A stretch of DNA of 64,000 nt from Nitrospirota bacterium. GTDB lineage: Bacteria > Nitrospirota > UBA9217. Below are positions 40,759 through 51,364 of the stretch, one piece after another. The position numbers and the translations under genes are program-made. Location of the stretch: contig DASPSR010000063.1 in NCBI GenBank assembly GCA_035623825.1, forward strand, positions 1 to 64,000, read 5' to 3'. The notes under the pieces are model-generated. The model did not search any database. It saw only the letters and a program-made list of their open reading frames with translations, and was not told where the DNA came from. Each line of letters starts with the position of its first letter. Positions within the stretch are counted from its first letter, which is position 1.

Positions 40759-41868
40759 ATGTGCCGTTTGAGTGCAATCACATCGAGCGATTATTTCTCT
40801 CCCATGGAAAACATCCACGCGCTCGAAACCATGAAGGAAGGCCACGATGGGTCCGGCCTGGGGCTGATGCTCAAGGACATGGGCGGTCCTTTCGCTGACT
40901 TTAAAAAGTATCCGACGCTTTCCGCAATCTGTTCCGACAACGGCCTCGCCATGCTTGATGAGTATATGAAGGCCCACGGCTTCGCGGAAAAGTTCGTCTG
41001 GGAGCCGCCGATCAAGAATTCAACGGGCATCGATCGCAGGGACCATTATGTGGCGAAGGTCTATGATTATCCGGCGGAGTATGCGGACAGGACGCAGCGT
41101 GACAAGGAAGACCTGCTCATGCGGACACGGCTTGCTCTTCGGGAGATGGGCGAACCCCGCGAGCAGCTTTTCGTGTTCTCGTTCTTTCCCGACGTGCTCA
41201 CGCTCAAGGAAGTGGGAGACCCTCTGCAGCTTGGCGAGTTCTTCGGCTTGGAAAAGGCCGGGCTCAAAGCGAAGATCATCCTGGCCCAGGGCAGGCAGAA
41301 CACGAATTACGCCATCTACCTCTACGCCTGCCACCCGTTCTTCATACAGGGCTTCGCCACCATGACGAACGGCGAGAACACCGCTTTCGTGCCGATCCGC
41401 GAGTTCCTCATGGGCAGGGGCAATCCCGGATACATGGGCTACAATTCGGATTCCGAGGTCTTTACCCACATTGTGCATTATACGAACAGGACCCTCGGAT
41501 ATCCGCTGCACTACTATAAAGACGTGATCACGCCTATGAAGGACGCCGAGATCGTCAAGAGGTCCGATGCCGCGGCGCTCCGGCTGCTCAAAAAATCGCT
41601 GCGGCCCCTCTGCATCGACGGCCCGAACTGCGTGATCGGATTCACGCCCGACGGAACCTGTTTCATGGTGCAGGACTCGAAGAAGCTCCGGCCGGGCGTT
41701 GTCGGCGGAAAGCCCGGCAAGTACGCGCTCATGTCAGAGGTCTGCGGTGTCGACCGGGCGATCCCGAACCGGGAAAAAAGCAAGGATATTTTCCCCATGA
41801 AGTACGACATGGTGATCATCGCGCCCGGCGCGCGGGAGGTTACGGTATGGAACCAGCTGCACGGTTAG
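40759..41868 (+). CDS. Glutamate synthase amidotransferase subunit (GltB1-type, class II GATase)
   Basis: Met-Cys N-terminus (MCRL), GRQNTN, CHPF, NGEN, SDSEV, KLRP. Confidence 0.85.
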   Translation: MCRLSAITSSDYFSPMENIHALETMKEGHDGSGLGLMLKDMGGPFADFKKYPTLSAICSDNGLAMLDEYMKAHGFAEKFVWEPPIKNSTGIDRRDHYVAKVYDYPAEYADRTQRDKEDLLMRTRLALREMGEPREQLFVFSFFPDVLTLKEVGDPLQLGEFFGLEKAGLKAKIILAQGRQNTNYAIYLYACHPFFIQGFATMTNGENTAFVPIREFLMGRGNPGYMGYNSDSEVFTHIVHYTNRTLGYPLHYYKDVITPMKDAEIVKRSDAAALRLLKKSLRPLCIDGPNCVIGFTPDGTCFMVQDSKKLRPGVVGGKPGKYALMSEVCGVDRAIPNREKSKDIFPMKYDMVIIAPGAREVTVWNQLHG

Positions 41869-43502
41869 ATCAGAATCACCAGCTCTCATTGAAAGAGCTT
41901 CCCTATATTATCCAGTGGCGGGAAGACCGTTGCACCCGCTGCGGCCGGTGCACGGCTGTCTGCCCTATGAAGGCCATCGAAGCAACGGTCTACACCCAGC
42001 GGGTGGTGACGTCCGAGGGCGCGAGCCCGGAACCGAAGGTCTCGCGGCGGCTGACCCACGTGGTGCGTCAGGTCACGGAAATCGAGCGTTACTGCATCGG
42101 CTGCGGCGGCTGCGCGCTCGTCTGCCCCACGGATGCGATATTCCCGGAGCATAATTTCCAGCATAAGTTCTACCACTTCAAGAACAAGGGCGGCATCCCG
42201 TATATGCGGGGCGGCAGACGGAACGATCCGTCAACGTCGACGCTCGACAAGCTCAAGTTCACTCGCATCTCGATGCTCACGGACCCGGCCCTCGATGCAG
42301 GCAGGCATGAGTTCCGCATCAGGACGCTACTCGGCAGGAACCTGCCGGCGGAGAGGCTCCCGCTTAAAGTTGAAGGCGACAAGCTCTCGATCAGCGACCA
42401 CACCTTTATCCCGCCGGTACGCGAGATCTTCCCGATCCGCATCGGCAGCATGTCCATCGGCGCGCTCTCTCCGCACATGTGGGAAGGCCTTGCCATGGGC
42501 ATCACGTACTTGAACGAGGTAGAAGGCCTTCCGGTGGTGATGTGCTCGGGCGAAGGCGGCATGCCCCCGAGCATCCTGAAGTCGCGCTACATCAAATACT
42601 TCATCCTCCAGATCGCTTCCGGTTATTTCGGCTGGGACGAGATCATCCATGCCATTCCCGACATGATCGAGGATCCCTGCGCAATCGAGATCAAATACGG
42701 CCAGGGCGCAAAGCCCGGCGACGGCGGTCTGCTCCAGGCTTATAAAGTTCTTGGCCTCATCGCCAAGATCCGCGGCGTACCGCAGTTCGTCGACCTTGCA
42801 TCACCGCCCACGCACCAGACCAAGTACTCGATCGAAGAGGCCGTGGCGAAGATGATCCAGTCCATGTCCATGGCCTGGGGATTCCGCGTGCCGGTTTATC
42901 CCAAGATCTCCGGGACCAAGACAGCGCGCGCCGTTCTCAATAACCTCGCGAGGAACCCATACGCTGCAGCGCTCTGCATCGACGGAGAGGACGGCGGCAC
43001 GGGCGCGGCGTACAACGTTTCGATGGACAAGATGGGCCATCCCATCGCATCCAACATCCGCGACTGCTACCTGGACCTCGTCAGGCAGGGCAAGCAGAAC
43101 GAGCTTCCTATCATCGCTGCAGGCGGCGTAGGCAAGGGCGGCAATCTCGCGGCGAACGCGGCAGCGCTCATTATGCTTGGGGCGTCGGCCGTTGACATCG
43201 GCAAGTACATCATGCAGGCTGCCGCGGGCTGCTTCGGCGACGAACACAACCGCTGCAACGTGTGCAACCTGGGCAGATGCCCGCGCGGCATCACGACCCA
43301 GGACCCGAAACTCTACCGCAGGCTCGACCCGGACAAGGTTGCCGAGCGTGTGGTCGAGGTCTTTAAAGCCGCGGACGTGGAGCTCAAGAAGATATTCGCG
43401 CCCATGGGCAGGAGCACCGAGCTGCCCATCGGCATGTCTGACGGCCTCGGCGTTGGTGATAAAGAGATCGCGGACCGGCTGCAGATCAGCTACGTGTGCT
43501 GA
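41847..43502 (+). CDS. Glutamate synthase FMN-binding subunit (GltB2-type) with N-terminal 2x[4Fe-4S]
   Basis: MSIGALS, SGEGG, QIASGYFG, IEIKYGQGAKPGDGG, GGTGAA, CPRGITTQ. Confidence 0.9.
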   Translation: MEPAARLDQNHQLSLKELPYIIQWREDRCTRCGRCTAVCPMKAIEATVYTQRVVTSEGASPEPKVSRRLTHVVRQVTEIERYCIGCGGCALVCPTDAIFPEHNFQHKFYHFKNKGGIPYMRGGRRNDPSTSTLDKLKFTRISMLTDPALDAGRHEFRIRTLLGRNLPAERLPLKVEGDKLSISDHTFIPPVREIFPIRIGSMSIGALSPHMWEGLAMGITYLNEVEGLPVVMCSGEGGMPPSILKSRYIKYFILQIASGYFGWDEIIHAIPDMIEDPCAIEIKYGQGAKPGDGGLLQAYKVLGLIAKIRGVPQFVDLASPPTHQTKYSIEEAVAKMIQSMSMAWGFRVPVYPKISGTKTARAVLNNLARNPYAAALCIDGEDGGTGAAYNVSMDKMGHPIASNIRDCYLDLVRQGKQNELPIIAAGGVGKGGNLAANAAALIMLGASAVDIGKYIMQAAAGCFGDEHNRCNVCNLGRCPRGITTQDPKLYRRLDPDKVAERVVEVFKAADVELKKIFAPMGRSTELPIGMSDGLGVGDKEIADRLQISYVC

Positions 43503-43593
43503 TACAGAGTCCCCATGCTTTACCGCGAAGACGCCAGGTCGCCACATTATTGCTTAAACGTATTTGAGACTAGGTGGCAGATAGGGTTAAAAG

Positions 43594-45924
43594 ATGATAA
43601 TCAGAGGCAATATCGACGGGAAAAGGGTCTCATCAAAAGACCTCGAAGAGCAGGTGCAGAAAGCCATCAGGGATGGCGTTAAAGAGATCACCGTTCATGC
43701 CGACGGCCAGCACGGCATCGGCGGCCGGATCTGGCCAAGAGCGGAGAAGGTCAAGGTGACCATCGAAGGCACGGCCGGCCAGCGCGTAGGCAGCATGGGC
43801 ATGGACAACACCGAGATCGTAATCAAGGGTTCGTCGTCCGATGACACAGGCTGGCTCAACTGCGGCGCCACCATCACGGTGCTCGGGGACGTTGCGAATG
43901 GCGCCCATAACGCAGGCGCCCAGGGCATTCTCTATGTGCAGGGCGGCGGCGGGGCGCGCTGCGACACGATGACCAAGAAAAACCCCCGGTTCCCTGACCT
44001 GCAGTCGTGGTACTTCGGTGGAGTTGGCGATTCCTTTGCGGAGTTCAAGGCAGGCGGCATTGCCGTGGTCTGCGGCGTGAACCCCCGCGATCCGGAGAAC
44101 ATCCTCGGTTACCGCCCTTGCGTAGGCATGGTCGGCGGCACGATTTACTTCCGCGGCAAGATCAAGGACGAGTACAGCAAGACCGATGTAAGGCTTGTCG
44201 AGCTTACGTCCCAAGACTGGGAGTGGCTGACTGAGAACATGAAGCCCTACCTCAAGGCCATTGATCGCATGTCCTACTACGAGGAACTGACGAAGGACAT
44301 GAGCGCTTGGAAGAAGATCATCGCTTACACGCCTGCCGAGAAAGCGAAGCTGAAGGGCAGACTCAAGATGAGTTTGACCGAGTTCCGCCTGAACGTCTGG
44401 GAGAAGGAAGTCGGTAGAGGTGGCATGTTCGGCGCGTATCTCACGCACGACCGCACGGTGCTTCCTTATATAACCACTGGCGAAGACCGCCGCTGGAAGC
44501 CGGTCTGGAAGAACGATTCGTACCTTCCGCCCTGCGCCTATGCCTGCCCATCGCGCATCCCGTCGCACAAAAGGGCTTCGCTCATCCGGCAGGGGAGGGC
44601 GGACGAAGCGCTGGCCCTGGTGCTTCAGTACAGCCCGCTCCCGGCAACGGTCTGCGGCACGGTCTGCCCCAACCTGTGCATGACCGATTGTACCCGCGGC
44701 AGGGTCGACAAACCTCTCGATATCAAGAAGTACGGTCAGCTTGCGCTGAATCTCAAGGCCCCGAAGAAGGCAAAATCGTCCGGCTACTCGATCGCCGTCA
44801 TCGGCGGTGGACCGGGCGGCCTCTCGGCCGCGTGGCAGCTCGGACTCAAGGGGCACGCCGTTGACCTCTATGAGGCGTCAGGCAAGATCGGCGGAAAGCT
44901 GGAGATGTGCATCCCGCGAGAGCGTTTGCCCAAGAGGATCTTGGATAAAGAGCTCTCGCGCTTTGCCGAGATAGGCGTTAACGTCCACACCGGGGTTTCG
45001 GTGGACAAAAAGAAATTCGACAGCATCTACAAGGACCACGATGTGGTGATTGTCGCCGTGGGAGCGCATGAGGCGCGGGTAATCCCTTTCCCGGGCTCCG
45101 ATGACGTGGTGGCGGGCATCGACTACCTCAAGGAAGTGAACTTCGGCAGGCCGAAGAATCTGAAAGGGAAGAAGGTCGTCGTGATCGGCGCGGGCAACGT
45201 CGGTATGGATATCGCCTGCCAGGCGTACGACCATGGCGCAGAGTCTGTGATCGCCGTTGACATCCAGAAGCCATTATCATTCAGCAAGGAGCAGGAACTT
45301 GCCAGATCCAAGGGCACTGAAATCCAGTATCCGAAGATAACAGAGCGGTACGACGCGAAAGGAAAGAAGATCTTTTTCAAGGACGGCACGTCGCTCCACG
45401 CCGATATGGTCGTCATTTCCATCGGCGAAAAGCCGATGCTCGACTTCCTGCCTGCCGAGATCCACACCGAGCGTGGATATATAACGGTTAACGATCTTGG
45501 CCAGACGTCGGATGTGAAGGTCTTTGCCATAGGAGATGCGACCAAACCCGGCCTCGTGACCCATGCAATTGGCCAGGGGAAGGTGGCTGCCGATGTAATC
45601 AATGCCCAGCTGATGAACTACCGCTATGTACCGGAAGAGCGTAAGGTCATCCCCTACGAGAAGGTGAAGACCCAGTACTACGAAGTATGCAGGCTCAACG
45701 ACGTAAAGTTCTCGCCGAAAAAGGAAGCGGACCGCTGCATGAGCTGCGGTTCCTGCCGGGATTGCGGCATGTGCGAACAGTCGTGCTACTACGGTGCTAT
45801 CACACGCAGGAAGCTCCCGAACAGGTCCTACGAGTACGTCGTTGACGAGTCCAGGTGTATCGGCTGCGGTTTCTGCTCCGGCATTTGCCCTTGCGGGGTC
45901 TGGGAAATGGTCGAAAATGTTTAA
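43594..45924 (+). CDS. Glutamate synthase GXGXG (GltB3) domain fused to GltD-like FAD/NAD(P) oxidoreductase and C-terminal ferredoxin
   Basis: N-terminal Gly-rich beta-helix repeats; CAYACP...CPNLC; GGGPGG; GAGNVG; C-terminal CxxCxxC motifs. Confidence 0.85.
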   Translation: MIIRGNIDGKRVSSKDLEEQVQKAIRDGVKEITVHADGQHGIGGRIWPRAEKVKVTIEGTAGQRVGSMGMDNTEIVIKGSSSDDTGWLNCGATITVLGDVANGAHNAGAQGILYVQGGGGARCDTMTKKNPRFPDLQSWYFGGVGDSFAEFKAGGIAVVCGVNPRDPENILGYRPCVGMVGGTIYFRGKIKDEYSKTDVRLVELTSQDWEWLTENMKPYLKAIDRMSYYEELTKDMSAWKKIIAYTPAEKAKLKGRLKMSLTEFRLNVWEKEVGRGGMFGAYLTHDRTVLPYITTGEDRRWKPVWKNDSYLPPCAYACPSRIPSHKRASLIRQGRADEALALVLQYSPLPATVCGTVCPNLCMTDCTRGRVDKPLDIKKYGQLALNLKAPKKAKSSGYSIAVIGGGPGGLSAAWQLGLKGHAVDLYEASGKIGGKLEMCIPRERLPKRILDKELSRFAEIGVNVHTGVSVDKKKFDSIYKDHDVVIVAVGAHEARVIPFPGSDDVVAGIDYLKEVNFGRPKNLKGKKVVVIGAGNVGMDIACQAYDHGAESVIAVDIQKPLSFSKEQELARSKGTEIQYPKITERYDAKGKKIFFKDGTSLHADMVVISIGEKPMLDFLPAEIHTERGYITVNDLGQTSDVKVFAIGDATKPGLVTHAIGQGKVAADVINAQLMNYRYVPEERKVIPYEKVKTQYYEVCRLNDVKFSPKKEADRCMSCGSCRDCGMCEQSCYYGAITRRKLPNRSYEYVVDESRCIGCGFCSGICPCGVWEMVENV

Positions 45925-46183
45925 ATCACGAGCTATGTTCTATGACCCTGTCCTTATGGCATCTTGGGGCATTGATGAAAGACGGAAATGTGCAACGAAT
46001 GGTGCAAATAGCGAAGCCTGCCAGGGACGCCCGGCCGGCTTTTTTTATTGTAACGGCGTGCCTTCCTGGTGTCGCCCCCCATATTGACATCCTGTCATCA
46101 GTGTGACAGGAAGGCGTTCACCCTGTGTTGTATCAGTGCTCAGGTTTGAGCTTACCGCGTTCTGCGGGACGAAGGAGTATTTC

Positions 46184-46660
46184 GTGCATAAGACCTCACT
46201 CCGGGGGGTGCGGACGGTCGCGGTCTTCGAGGCGGCAAAGGGCGCCCTTGTTCTGCTGACGGGGTTCGGCATTGTGTCTCTCATCCACCACGGCGCGCAG
46301 GAGGTGGCCGAGGAGCTGGTTGGCCATCTCCACCTCGATCCGGCAAATGGTTCCCCGCGCATCTTCCTTGACCTCGCTGGAAGGCTTACAGATCAGAGGC
46401 TGTGGCTGCTTGCCGTACTGGCATTCGGCTATGCAAGTATGCGGTTCGCCGAGGCATGGGGGCTGTGGTGGGGACGGCGCTGGGCTTTATGGTTCGCTGT
46501 GGCGAGCGGATCTATTTATGTACCGGTAGAGGTATATGAACTGTTCCACGGAGTGTCGCGGGTAAAGGTCATTGCATTGGTCGTGAACGGAATCATCGTG
46601 GCCTCCATGAGCTATGCATTGTGGCAGCGCAAAAAGGGCCATGGTGACGGTGGGATATGA
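46184..46660 (+). CDS. DUF2127-like membrane protein
   Basis: AVFEAAKG, EAWGLW, YVPVEVYE; GTG start after AAGGAG. Confidence 0.75.
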   Translation: MHKTSLRGVRTVAVFEAAKGALVLLTGFGIVSLIHHGAQEVAEELVGHLHLDPANGSPRIFLDLAGRLTDQRLWLLAVLAFGYASMRFAEAWGLWWGRRWALWFAVASGSIYVPVEVYELFHGVSRVKVIALVVNGIIVASMSYALWQRKKGHGDGGI

Positions 46661-47028
46661 TTGGCCGGAAAATCCCATGAGCCGCCGATCCACCCGTGCC
46701 TGACGGTCTGATTCTGCGCGGTCATGCCCGCGAAGCTCCCGAACAAGTCTTGCGAGCTCGCGGCTGATGAACCTAAAATGGGCGCGGAATGATAGCCGTC
46801 AGAATCATCATCTGGCCGGCCCCTCGATCATTTGATGGCTTGTTGACACAATGCAATCTTTCAGATAGACTCTGAAGAAGGCTGACGCGCGGTTGACACA
46901 GCGGCGGATGAAAGAACCATGGGGGAAACCTGTAACTTCTTTTGCTTCTCATTGAAGTGAAGAAATAGAAACAGTCCGGGTGCATGGCACAGGGTGAAGG
47001 CGGAGTCGTCAAGAGCGAAGGAGACAGC

Positions 47029-47367
47029 ATGGGGGACTTTTTCAAGAAGATGAAGACCAAGGCAATCCTCGGGGGAATAGTCTTTTGTATTCTGACGATA
47101 CTGTACAGTTACTTCGTTGCGGACACTGTCCAGACAAGGATCACCGACGCCGAGATGACGAAGGTGGACGGGAGGTTCATGATCGCGACCGAATACCGCC
47201 CCTTTGTGAATGAGGACGCCCGGTACCGGTTCAAGTTCGATTCGGGTACAATCCAGAACGAAGCAATCCGGCTAAAGGGAAAGCTGGTAAGGATCAAGAA
47301 GTACGGGTGGAGAATGCCGCTCTTTTCCATGTATGAAAATGTAGTGAATATTGAAGAGGTGAAGTAG
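47029..47367 (+). CDS. Small membrane-anchored protein (DUF1523-like)
   Basis: One N-terminal TM, NED..FKFDS, YGWRMPLFSMYEN. Confidence 0.6.
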   Translation: MGDFFKKMKTKAILGGIVFCILTILYSYFVADTVQTRITDAEMTKVDGRFMIATEYRPFVNEDARYRFKFDSGTIQNEAIRLKGKLVRIKKYGWRMPLFSMYENVVNIEEVK

Positions 47368-47497
47368 GGCGGTTCAATGCCTGTTGCAAGATGCGGAGTC
47401 AGGATGCAAACCCGATCCGCAATGCGCGCCATCTGGAGCGAGCAAGAAGAAATCACTATGAATGGCTGAACCTCAAAGGTTCGCCGTGGGTGTGAAT

Positions 47498-48262
47498 ATG
47501 TCTGGACCGACTGGTTACAAACGATCAATACGCAAGACGCGGCTCACGGTCGTCGCCGTAATTGCCGCGGCGCTTGTCGTTGCAGCGGCCATCTTGACTG
47601 TCGAGTCATTGCCGGCGGGGGCTCAAAATGGTCTGTTGCCCGTCCGAAAACCCGATGCGCCCGCGTGGCCTGAACCGGATCCTCTAAACGATTCGCTGCC
47701 GGCCAAAGGGAAATTCCTCGTCGCCAGCAATACACTCGGTGATCCCCGGTTTCAGGAGACCGTTGTCCTGCTTATCAGCTACAATGACGATGGCGCAGCG
47801 GGCCTCATCATCAACCGGCCCACAAAGGTGCCTATTGCCGACATGCTCCCCGACGTGCGGGACCTGAAGAGAAGAGCCGATATCGTCTACTATGGCGGGC
47901 CCGTCGAGAACAATCGGATATTGATGCTCATCCGGTCCGGCGAAAAGCCGGAAGATTCGGGCCGCGTGTTTGGAAATGTGTACGTGAGTATGAGCGAGAA
48001 TACTCTGGAACGGATGATCGGCGCGAAAAAACCTGAAAAAGAGCTTCGGTTCTATGCGGGATATGCGGGGTGGTTGCCGGGGCAGCTTGACGGCGAGGTG
48101 TCGAGAGGCGACTGGCACATCATCCAAGCCGATGTAGGTTCTATCTTTGATAAGAAATCGTCCGATATCTGGAAGGAACTCTTTCGACGAGCCTCTGCGA
48201 TACAGGTATTAAACCAGAGCGAGCCTGATTTTGCGCTTGTTCCAGAAACGCCGACCTCCTGA
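47498..48262 (+). CDS. YqgE/AlgH family protein with N-terminal hydrophobic extension
   Basis: FLVAS..DPRF, GLIINRP, YGGPVE, YAGWLPGQLDGE; start uncertain. Confidence 0.85.
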   Translation: MSGPTGYKRSIRKTRLTVVAVIAAALVVAAAILTVESLPAGAQNGLLPVRKPDAPAWPEPDPLNDSLPAKGKFLVASNTLGDPRFQETVVLLISYNDDGAAGLIINRPTKVPIADMLPDVRDLKRRADIVYYGGPVENNRILMLIRSGEKPEDSGRVFGNVYVSMSENTLERMIGAKKPEKELRFYAGYAGWLPGQLDGEVSRGDWHIIQADVGSIFDKKSSDIWKELFRRASAIQVLNQSEPDFALVPETPTS

Positions 48263-48450
48263 CGATGTCGCAGTTGTTCCGCTCTTCTTCCCCTCCTGCG
48301 ACGCACGCCGACGGATCGCGTATAATCCAAAGCGTCGGGGAGCAAAATCGTTTAGGAGTACACCACCTGTCCTTTGATTAAAAAAGCCTGACAGCGTATC
48401 AGCTGGCAGGCTTTTGTCTTCCTTATTCTTATCGCCATCGGGACTCTCTA

Positions 48451-49034
48451 TCACCGTTGAGGCGGCGGGGCAGGTACTGAAGCCGGTATCTGATTCTTGA
48501 CCGGCTTGATGCTCTTTAGATAGGCAAAGATCGCCTTGAGATCAGAGTCCGTCATTTTGCCAATGTCCTGCCAGGGCATGGGGGGCAAAATGTCGCGCCC
48601 TGCTTCCATGAACTTGCCGGTGCGCAGTGTCCTGATAAACAGCTCCTCATGCCAAACCCCTATGCCGGGTTCCGCGTCAGGCGTAAGATTGGAAGAATAG
48701 CTGATGCCCAGGGGCCGGCCCACCCTGTCAAATTGTTGTTGGTTAAAGCGCCCCATTTGTCCGGGCCGATTACACTCGGCGGAATCGGTGGCAGTTTCTC
48801 ATCGGCAGGGTGCCCTGAAAGAAGCCGCGCCTCATCAGGCGCGGGGCCGTTCGGGGTCATTTTTTTTGGTGAGTGGCAGTCATTGCATCCCCCCACGGTG
48901 GCAAGATATTGACCCCTCTCGATCATTGCCTTTTCGCCGGCCCCTTTCTGCTCTGAGCTGAACGAAACTCCTGTTATCAAAAAAAGGCTGGATAGACCAA
49001 TAATCGCACCTCCTGCAATGGCTGTCCCTCTCAT
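48451..49034 (-). pseudogene. Monoheme c-type cytochrome split by a 1-bp frameshift
   Basis: 5' part: signal peptide, RGQYL..CNDCHSP...WAGPW; 3' part in another frame: GISYSSNLTPD...PPMPW...DLKAIFAYLKS; one G missing at about 48707-48709. Confidence 0.8.
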
Positions 49035-49428
49035 GGCATACCTCCTTGATGAAGAAATTAGAAGCAGTGTGCTTGCCCAACAAAAGTTGACTTGCCCGTC
49101 AGAGTATTGAGGATGGGCTCCGTCGTCCTCATGGTGTGGCACTTTTCTCGTGAACTGCAGATGTCCTATCAAAATCTTGTTTAAAAAGTAACATATGGTC
49201 TAGCGACAATCAATGAGACAAAGGTATGATTTTCATGTACTGTGCATAATGGTCTCGAAAGGGTTGATTTTATTAAATACGAAAATATTTAAAACATCGG
49301 TCTCATTTTGCCGCTGTTCCGTTGACTGTGCCTGAAGACAGAGATATAATTAAAAAAAGGACAAACAAAGTTCTCAATTGCAGGTGATTGCTCCCTATTT
49401 TTATGGAAGGGGGGCAAGGAGGTAAAGT

Positions 49429-49695
49429 ATGTGGTACATGATTGAGTCGCGCCACACTCCTGAAGAGTGCCTGAGGGCGCTGGATGAACAGCTTGCCAAG
49501 GGCCCGGACGTTTTGAAGAAGTTCTACTATGGCTGCAAGGCCGGGGACCACACCGGATATGCCATCGTAGAATCGAAGAGTGATATAGAAGCCCGCAAAC
49601 TGGTTCCAAGCTTCCTGATCGACAAGACACGCATTTTGGAGGTGGGCGTATTCACCCCCGAGGTGATCAGGTCCTTCCATACTAAAGCGGCATAG
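49429..49695 (+). CDS. Hypothetical protein (88 aa)
   Basis: Strong RBS AAGGAGGT, followed by a terminator; HTPEEC...GC..GDH motif. Confidence 0.75.
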   Translation: MWYMIESRHTPEECLRALDEQLAKGPDVLKKFYYGCKAGDHTGYAIVESKSDIEARKLVPSFLIDKTRILEVGVFTPEVIRSFHTKAA

Positions 49696-49727
49696 CAGGC
49701 AGAAGAACCAAAATCACTATCGTTTCC

Positions 49728-49765
49728 TGTCCGGATGGGGGCAAACTCATCCGGACATTTTTTTG
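49728..49765 (+). terminator. Rho-independent terminator
   Basis: TGTCCGGATG...CATCCGGACA followed by a T run. Confidence 0.85.
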
Positions 49766-50062
49766 AGGTCGCAAAGAGACAGGGGTGTTAAACAACCCTG
49801 ATCGGATCGTTTGGATGAAAAAAACCCAGAAATATACTTATAAATGGGTGATACGTGATAAAAGCTACCCAATACCGGATCCCGTAGTCAGGTCATTTTT
49901 TGGCCCACCCCTGATCAAATTTGACATCGCCTCGTTCCAGAAATAAAATAAATAAAGTACCGACTCGCTCGCGACATTACATGAAGCGGGCGGTTTTCAT
50001 ACGCCTTAAGGCTTATGATAAGGAATGATTGTCCGGCTCGCTCATGAAGCGGAGGTGATACC

Positions 50063-51202
50063 GTGTTTGGAAGGCGCATAACTCTGTTCAAGCTCCTCGG
50101 ATTCGAAGTGCATATCGACCTGAGTTGGTTCCTTATAGCGCTGCTCATCACCTGGTCGCTCGCCAAGGGGCTATTCCCCGCCTCTTATCAGGGCCTTGCT
50201 CAGGCAACCTACTTGTGGATGGGCCTCTGCGGCGCGGCAGGGCTTTTTCTTTCGATCGTGTTTCATGAACTCTGTCATTCCCTTGTTGCCCGGCGGTTCG
50301 GTCTGCCCATGAAGGGGATAACGCTTTTTGTCTTTGGCGGTGTCGCTGAAATGTCCGAAGAGCCATCAAGCGCGAAGGCCGAATTCCTGATGGCCATTGC
50401 AGGGCCTCTTTCGAGCATCCTTCTCGGGCTGATACTCTATGTCGTGACCGCCCTCGCCGGCGAGATACTGTCCACCCCTGTGACCGGCGTAATCGATTAT
50501 CTGGCGTCCATAAACTTCATCCTTGCCGCGTTTAATTTACTTCCCGCCTTTCCCCTGGACGGGGGCCGCGTCTTGCGTGCTGCCTTGTGGCAATGGAAGA
50601 AGAACCTGAGATGGGCTACGCGCGTCGCGTCCCGTTTCGGCACAGGGTTCGGCATGCTTCTTATCCTGCTTGGCATTTTCAACGTCATCAGAGGCAACCT
50701 TATCGGCGGGATCTGGCAGTTCATGATCGGCATGTTTCTGCGGAACGCGGCCCAGATGTCGTACCAGCAGGTGCTCATACGCAAGGCGCTTGAGGGAGAG
50801 ACGGTTCAGCATTTTATGAAAAAAGACCCTGTCACGGTGCCGTCCTCTCTTTCTATCAAACGTCTCGTTGAGGATTACATTTACAACTATCATTTCAAGA
50901 TGTATCCGGTTGTAGAGGGCGGGACGCTCGTCGGCTGCATCACGACACGCCAGGTGAAAGAGACCTCGCGTGATCAGTGGGACATCCGCACCGTGGGGGA
51001 CGTGGCGAACAGGTGCTCCCCGGAAAACACCATCGGGCCGGCAGCAGATGCCCTTAAGGCCATGTCGGTCATGAGCAAGACGGGCAATAGCCGGCTGATG
51101 GTTGTCGACGACGGACGTTTGGTCGGCATTATCACGCTCAAAGACATCATGGGATTCCTTTCGGTAAAACTGGAACTCGATGAATTTGAAAAAAAGGCCT
51201 GA
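50063..51202 (+). CDS. Site-2 (M50) intramembrane metalloprotease with CBS pair
   Basis: HELCH, AIAGP, FNLLPAFPLDGGR, C-terminal CBS domains. Confidence 0.93.
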   Translation: MFGRRITLFKLLGFEVHIDLSWFLIALLITWSLAKGLFPASYQGLAQATYLWMGLCGAAGLFLSIVFHELCHSLVARRFGLPMKGITLFVFGGVAEMSEEPSSAKAEFLMAIAGPLSSILLGLILYVVTALAGEILSTPVTGVIDYLASINFILAAFNLLPAFPLDGGRVLRAALWQWKKNLRWATRVASRFGTGFGMLLILLGIFNVIRGNLIGGIWQFMIGMFLRNAAQMSYQQVLIRKALEGETVQHFMKKDPVTVPSSLSIKRLVEDYIYNYHFKMYPVVEGGTLVGCITTRQVKETSRDQWDIRTVGDVANRCSPENTIGPAADALKAMSVMSKTGNSRLMVVDDGRLVGIITLKDIMGFLSVKLELDEFEKKA

Positions 51203-51364
51203 TATGCGGAAAACATCCGGAGCTGTCAGGCAAAGAGATTAGATCGCGCTTTTCGGGAAGGGATGCCCTCTTTCTTCAGTGCCGAAAAGTGCTCAGCAAT
51301 GGGCATTGTTCATGCGGTGCGGGATGTAATTCCGCATGGCCGATCCCGCGGGAGGAAAGACGCG

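Noticed and set aside
46840-47028. Riboswitch-like leader before the DUF1523-like gene
   Set aside because: Contains TTGACA promoter-like hexamers but no recognisable aptamer consensus or terminator
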